The translations under genes and the position numbers were made by a program. This document shows, piece by piece, positions 25,397 to 27,544 of a stretch of 27,544 nucleotides of DNA. This stretch comes from a virus. Lineage: Duplodnaviria; Caudoviricetes. The first letter of the stretch is position 1. Each line of letters opens with the position of its first letter. Where the stretch lies: positions 1 through 27,544 of the IMG/VR virus record IMGVR_UViG_3300025732_000215. The stretch is one strand, 5' to 3'. The notes beneath the pieces were generated by a model that saw only the letters and a list, made by a program, of their open reading frames with translations, did not search any database and was not told where the DNA came from.

Positions 25397-26191
25397 TCAA
25401 ACCTCCTCTTTAACGTCATAATGATATCCAGAAATTGAATATTCTGAATTGTCTCCAGGATAATCTGCAGGAGTTTCTCCCTGATATTCTGGAATTAGTT
25501 TTTCTCCATCTATTCTTTCTGCAATAATATGATAGAAACAATCAATAGGCATTCCACTTTTTGCTTGCAGATAAACTTTATTTTCGTCCCATCTTTTGAT
25601 AATGACATCTTGATGAGCACCAATTGGTTGCAAAGTGACTACAATTGATTCAATATCTACAAAGTCTTTCCAATAAGATGGAAGATTGATTTCTGTTTTA
25701 TTTTTAACTCTTCCTTTGATATAAACATCATTTGAAGGTCCTTCAATGCAAGTATGCCTTAGTCTCCATCCTTCTCTTGATGGGTGAGGTATATCAAAGT
25801 TCTTCTTCTTGGAAAGAATATGTTTTCCGCACTGAGATTTTACATTAGACTGTGAGGTGATGTTTGCTCTTGCAAGAACACTAGAACTCACGAACAAATT
25901 TGCTTTAATAGCAGTATTTCCAATCACATACAATGATGGTTTTGTGGGGGTAACTCCACATATAGTTCCAATAACTGCGGGAGTAGGAGAATCGTTATTC
26001 TTTAATGGATTTACCATTAAAGTTGCAGATATTCCCAAATTAGATTTATCATCTCCAACTATTGTGGGTCCTTGAAGATATGCAGCACCATGAATTGATG
26101 CAGGACCTCTACCTAAAGGTTCTGGTGCAGCAGGATCTTTTGTTACGTGGAGTTGACCATGCACCAACTCAAAATCACTAGAACTTGACAT
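25397..26191 (-). CDS. Baseplate/tail-region protein (264 aa)
   Basis: K.FDIPHP...LRH.C.EGP..DVY..G...I.LP.YW C-terminal domain, seen in phage tail proteins. Confidence 0.7.
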   Translation of the reverse strand: MSSSSDFELVHGQLHVTKDPAAPEPLGRGPASIHGAAYLQGPTIVGDDKSNLGISATLMVNPLKNNDSPTPAVIGTICGVTPTKPSLYVIGNTAIKANLFVSSSVLARANITSQSNVKSQCGKHILSKKKNFDIPHPSREGWRLRHTCIEGPSNDVYIKGRVKNKTEINLPSYWKDFVDIESIVVTLQPIGAHQDVIIKRWDENKVYLQAKSGMPIDCFYHIIAERIDGEKLIPEYQGETPADYPGDNSEYSISGYHYDVKEEV

Positions 26192-26194
26192 ATA

Positions 26195-26773
26195 TTACAA
26201 TGGAAATGGGTTTGATAATTGTGTTAAATTGCTTAAAATATCCAAAGTTGGTTGTTTAGCAGCACTCATAGAAGTCATTTTTTGAATGCTACCACCATAA
26301 ATCTTCATAATATTTATTGCACTCTGAAGCATCTCTCCATCAGTGTATATACTGATGGATTCATTTGCGTTAGCAGTAAATCTTTTAGTTTCAATATTTA
26401 CACTCTCATTTGAAATGAGGTTAATAACTCCTTTTGTTGGATCAGGTCCACGAGCAATCAAGTCTATATTTTCTGCTTCTAATCTCAGTCTACCTTTAGT
26501 CTGAATTAAAATATCACTACGATCCGCATTAAACCACATTCCAATTTGATCCTTTGGAATATCATCACCACATTTAACTTGATAACGACCTCTGCATCTA
26601 GAAGTGATCCATCTTTTTCTTGGTTCAGTTTGATCAATTGAAATATATTCAAGAGACTCTTGACCTTGAAGAAATATGGATGATCTTACTTGATCATTAT
26701 GTATTTGGCCAAAACAAATTTGGCCATCCATTGTTCCTTTTCTTACGGATTTATGATTTCTAGATTTAGTCAT
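26195..26773 (-). CDS. Baseplate-region hypothetical protein with beta-strand repeats (192 aa)
   Basis: DILIQTKGRLRLEAENIDL...INL.SNESVNIE; ATGA coupling to the upstream gene. Confidence 0.7.
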   Translation of the reverse strand: MTKSRNHKSVRKGTMDGQICFGQIHNDQVRSSIFLQGQESLEYISIDQTEPRKRWITSRCRGRYQVKCGDDIPKDQIGMWFNADRSDILIQTKGRLRLEAENIDLIARGPDPTKGVINLISNESVNIETKRFTANANESISIYTDGEMLQSAINIMKIYGGSIQKMTSMSAAKQPTLDILSNLTQLSNPFPL

Positions 26774-27543
26774 CGTGGTACTCTATCAAATTCTACTTTT
26801 GGTGGTATTCTTCCTACACAATCAACAACTGAAATTAACTGAGTTCCTGCAGGAATTGTTTGCAACTGTTCTTCTGGAATATTTGCTATAGGAGTTACTT
26901 TAAGAATAGGAATTAATTTTACATTATATCCTCTTGGAGAATTGACTCTAATTTCTGGTAAATCAACAAATCCAATTCCAGGACTTACAACTTTAACTTG
27001 TATTATTTCACCTCTATCATTTATTACAGGTTCTAATATAGATCCTTTATTTGTTCCATCTTCAGTTACTACTTCTAATGTATCACCAATTTCATATCCA
27101 AATCCAGGATCAACAACATACACTTCTTCAATTTCTGTTATCACTGGATATGATGGTATTGTCACATCTGGAGATGATTGAGGTTGTGGAGGTACAAAAA
27201 TATCATCTGGAGGTAATTCCACATTATTAACATTTCCTCCTGGAGGAACATAATATCTATTATCATTTGTTACTACATATCCTTCATTAACATCTTTCCA
27301 TATTCTTCCATTTCCACCCAATGCTCCATTAGGAGCAGAAAGATATCCATCGCCGGGAGCAGTAATAATTATATTCTTAACTTCATAACCACCCTTACCA
27401 TTTCCATTAGATTCGGTTGTAGTTCCAGAGGCGCCACCAGCACCAGCAACTCCACCAGCAACTCCAATTACGGCAACATTAGATGCAGAAGTTCCATATT
27501 CTTGAATTTGAGACAATAAACTTCCACCAGATCCATAACCACA
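26770..27543 (-). CDS. C-terminal part of a larger baseplate protein (possibly gp5-like hub), 5'-partial
   Basis: Frame stays open past the TTG at 27516 to the window edge (CGYGSGGSLL...); PG.G(Y/F) repeats; ends VVDCVG...; identity inferred from remembered cyanophage gene order. Confidence 0.6.
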   Translation of the reverse strand, partial: CGYGSGGSLLSQIQEYGTSASNVAVIGVAGGVAGAGGASGTTTESNGNGKGGYEVKNIIITAPGDGYLSAPNGALGGNGRIWKDVNEGYVVTNDNRYYVPPGGNVNNVELPPDDIFVPPQPQSSPDVTIPSYPVITEIEEVYVVDPGFGYEIGDTLEVVTEDGTNKGSILEPVINDRGEIIQVKVVSPGIGFVDLPEIRVNSPRGYNVKLIPILKVTPIANIPEEQLQTIPAGTQLISVVDCVGRIPPKVEFDRVPR

Positions 27544-27544
27544 T

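Overview
AT-rich segment of a T4-like myovirus, most consistent with a cyanophage (T4-type late promoters TATAAATA/CTAAATA, GIGT/GIAT-rich tail proteins, tRNA-Leu(UAA) and tRNA-Thr(UGU)). Almost all genes are on the minus strand. 1-20454 is a tail-fibre/virion structural cluster: two collagen-like fibres, an S74-chaperone fibre, a 7-repeat propeller, two Tfa-like chaperones and two large paralogous structural proteins. 23526-27544 holds baseplate-region genes. Between them (20495-23529) lies a non-structural island with a sigma70-type promoter, small hypothetical genes, two atypical tRNAs each followed directly by an HNH endonuclease, and a Mom-like DNA-modification gene. The most notable signals are RNA-level. 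(1) A ~50-nt promoter-hairpin-terminator unit has a loop complementary to the 5' leader of the downstream HNH mRNA, suggesting an antisense sRNA/nuclease cassette. (2) A 13-bp hairpin locks the start codon of the other HNH and has a late promoter in its loop. (3) A ~70-nt candidate sRNA with its own consensus sigma70 promoter and terminator sits at the end of the Mom-like gene. All calls were made by eye; no searches were run.
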